NCBI GenBank assembly: GCA_964482715.1
Contig: CAYZYX010000003.1
Span: forward strand, 54,180 to 74,179
Direction: 5' to 3'
DNA: 20,000 nt
Origin: an uncultured Clostridia bacterium
GTDB lineage: Bacteria; Aerophobota; Aerophobia; Aerophobales; B3-G15
In this document: positions 17,669 to 20,000 of the stretch, piece by piece
How the letters are laid out: every line of letters starts with the position of its first letter
How positions within the stretch are numbered: position 1 is the first letter of the stretch
Notes under the pieces: model-generated
What the model was told of the DNA's origin: nothing
Database searches by the model: none
What the model saw: only the letters and a program-made list of their open reading frames with translations
Position numbers and translations under genes: made by a program

Positions 17669-17739
17669 AATGAAAAGGGGAGGTGAGAAAAACCAATTTA
17701 TAAGAGCCTGTAATTTCACTCATCATCAGGAGGCCAAAG

Positions 17740-19028
17740 ATAAGGATAAACAAAAATTTCTTAAAGATAATGGTTTTAGCAGGATTAATCTTAGCAGTGA
17801 CCTTAGGATTCATTTTTGGAGCTGTGGCTGAGGAGAAAATCGGACCCATAACTGTTTCAGTGTAGAGTGGCCCAGAACATGATAATCTGGTAAAGTATAC
17901 AAGGTATTATGAACAGAAAACAGGGGAAAAGTGTTTATAGAAGAAATTGCCCGGGAGACACTCCGTGAGAAAACCACTACCGTTCTTATGGCAAAAAAAG
18001 GAAGGTATGATATCTCTTATGTGGATAAGGCATGGACCGGTGGATACGCCAAAGCAGGACTTCTTCCCCCTCTCAATGATTTTATTAAAGATCCAAATGT
18101 TGTAGCACCATGGTTTAGCATAGATAATCTTAGATCCCCAATTGATGACCTTACTGTGGATGGCAAAATTTATGGTTTTCCTTCAGAAGGGGATTGTCAA
18201 TTTTTATTCTGGAGGACCGATCTTTTTAACCATCCTGAGGAGAGAGCGGCTTTCAAAGCAAAATATGGCTATGATTTAAAAGTTCCCGAAACTTGGAAGG
18301 AATATCTTGACGTAGCCAGATTTTTTACCAGGAAAAAAGACGAAAGACTTGCCGGTAAAATACTTGAAGAGGATTTTTATGGGACAACACTTGAGGGTAA
18401 ACGAACCGAAGCCTGCTGGAAATTGCCACCTTTCTCTACGGCTATCAAGGTGGTAAAATTATAGATCCGGAAACCTTTGAGGTAGTGGTTAATAAGTCTG
18501 ATGCAGTAGCGGGATTTACCTTTTATACCAATCTTTTGAGAAAATGACACGTGGTTTCCCCTGATGTTCCAACCTGGGGATATCCAGAGGTAAGTGCTGC
18601 ATTTGGGGGAGGTCATACAGCTATGGCTATTCAATGGATGGCTGCCGTAGCTGAATTTAATGATCCTGCAAGAAGCCCAGGATTGTGGAAAGATGGAAAA
18701 CGCTTATTCAATTATACGGTAGTTCCAGGAAGGGAAATTGAGGGTAAGATAAAATACCGTGCTGTTCAGGTCAGTCAAGGGGGATGGATAATCCCGGCGA
18801 ATGCCCCTAATCCATTGGGTGCCTACAAGTTTATTGAGTGGCTTACCGGTCCAGAAGGAGCTAAGATGTGGGCTTTAAATGGAGGAATACCTTGCAACAA
18901 GTTAGCTTTAACTGATCCCGAGGTTCTGGAGAAACAACCCATGTTTAAGGTATTAGCTGAGTCTTATCCTTATCGGCGCACTATTCCTCATTATGTGAAG
19001 ACTTCTATAGACCATTGAAGATGCTTTG
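17740..19028 (+). pseudogene. Disrupted sugar ABC substrate-binding protein
   Basis: GGAGG (17729-17733) then ATA 17740 in place of ATG, followed by a signal peptide (..KIMVLAGLILAVTLGFIFGAVA-EEK). In-frame TAG at 17863; frameshifts at ~17927 and ~18412; in-frame TGA at 18545; frameshift/TAG near 19000-19010; C-terminal helix missing. ORF-track fragments 17931-18464 and 18551-19018 are parts of it. Confidence 0.88.
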
Positions 19029-19908
19029 ATGAAGAAAAATTTTCGTTACATTTTTTATCCTTATCTTTTGCTTATTCCTGCTTTTGTAATAGTATTTTCT
19101 ATTCTCTTTTATCCTCTTATGGTTTCTCTTGTATTGAGTTTTCATAAATGGACTTTTTCTACTTATGGTTAAAGAAATGTTCCCTTCATTGGATTCGGCA
19201 ATTTTGCTGAAATGTTTGCCGACCCTTATTTTTGGCGATCAATATTAAATACTCTAATCTTTTCCGGATCTTCCTTAGCCGTTGAATTTTTTGTGAGTTT
19301 AGGCGTGGCTCTTCTTCTTAATAGAAAACTGGTGGGTATGAGAATAATAAGAACATTAGTGATTCTCCCTTTTGTATTGTCTAACGCGGTAATTGGGCTA
19401 AATTGGCGATTAATGTATAACTATGATTACGGAATAATTAATTATTTTCTAAGTTTTTTTAACATAAAGCGGGTACTTTGGTTGAGCGATCCCACTAAAG
19501 CAATGATCTCTGTTTATAATTGTGGATGTTTGGAATTGTACCTCTTTTGTGGTACTTCTTATTTTATCCGGCTTACAGGCTATCCCTCAAACTCCCTATG
19601 AGGCAGCTAAGATAGATGGAGCTACAAGATGGCAATTATTCAGATTTATAACTTTACCTTTACTAAGACCAATAATTTTGGTGGTACTTATCTGGAGAAC
19701 TATGGATCTTTTTCGCTGTTTCGATATGATTTATATTCTTACCGGAGGTGGACCAAGTCATACTACTGAGGTACTCAGTATTTACTCCTATTACAAAGGA
19801 TTTAGGTATTTCAATCTGGGATATGCTGCGGCTTGGGTTTTAGTAGTCCTTATTATGATAGTATGTTTTGGATATATTAAGTTGGTAAGAAGTGAAGTAA
19901 TTAGTTAA
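19029..19908 (+). pseudogene. Disrupted carbohydrate ABC permease (MalF/UgpA-like)
   Basis: ATG 19029 MKKNFRYIFYPYLLLIPAF...YP....L.LSF; in-frame TAA at 19170; continues FIGFGNF into ORF 19212; +1 frameshift in the T run at 19513-19515 into IIVDVWN...EAAKIDGA...TGGGP. Confidence 0.88.
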
Positions 19909-19918
19909 AGAATATTAT

Positions 19919-20000
19919 ATGAAAAAATTCAAAAAGTATATAGGCGAGAATCTCGTTGAAAATAATGTGAAAAAAATTTATTTTACACTTAATTAATTCA
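19919..20000 (+). other. Possible start of the next (MalG-like) permease, apparently also disrupted
   Basis: ATG 19919 MKKFKKYIG... 10 nt after the permease stop, closing at TAA 19994-19996; only position and a basic N-terminus support the call. Confidence 0.25.

Noticed and set aside
17643-17849. 62-aa (+) and 61-aa (-) ORFs between the two binding-protein genes
   Set aside because: The region is explained by hairpins, the SD element and the signal-peptide segment of the pseudogene in another frame.
17863-19172. In-frame TAG/TGA as pyrrolysine, selenocysteine or an alternative genetic code
   Set aside because: All three stop types plus several frameshifts occur in the same two genes, and TAG/TGA terminate normal genes elsewhere in the window; decay explains it.
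1-20000. CRISPR array, tRNA/rRNA, IS element, integrase or prophage genes
   Set aside because: No repeat-spacer periodicity, RNA-gene signature, or transposase/integrase motifs were seen; the intergenic gaps are short and accounted for.

Overview
Bacterial chromosomal window; every credible gene is on the + strand. (1) <1-2873: a tightly coupled triplet of an HD-domain hydrolase (5'-truncated by the window), a highly divergent RtcB-fold protein, and an EndoQ-family PHP nuclease ending in a textbook beta-clamp motif (QLSLF). This candidate nucleic-acid end-processing/repair module is the most novel element. (2) 3026-11451: housekeeping run from a near-consensus sigma70 promoter: proS, nusA, a very short infB, DUF503, truB, ribF, birA and coaX. 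rimP and rbfA are absent from their usual slots. (3) 11581-17612: accessory cluster with an XRE-cupin regulator (15-bp direct repeat over its promoter), a glycerol-1-phosphate-dehydrogenase-like enzyme, a RifK/BtrR-like PLP aminotransferase and a CUT1 sugar ABC importer lacking an ATPase gene; plausibly amino-sugar/aminocyclitol uptake and catabolism. (4) 17740-20000: a second CUT1 cassette that is decayed (lost start, TAG/TGA/TAA stops, several frameshifts, probable deletion). Both binding-protein genes are preceded by an orphan extended Shine-Dalgarno element. No rRNA, tRNA, CRISPR array or mobile element was seen. All calls come from motif recognition by eye; no searches were run.
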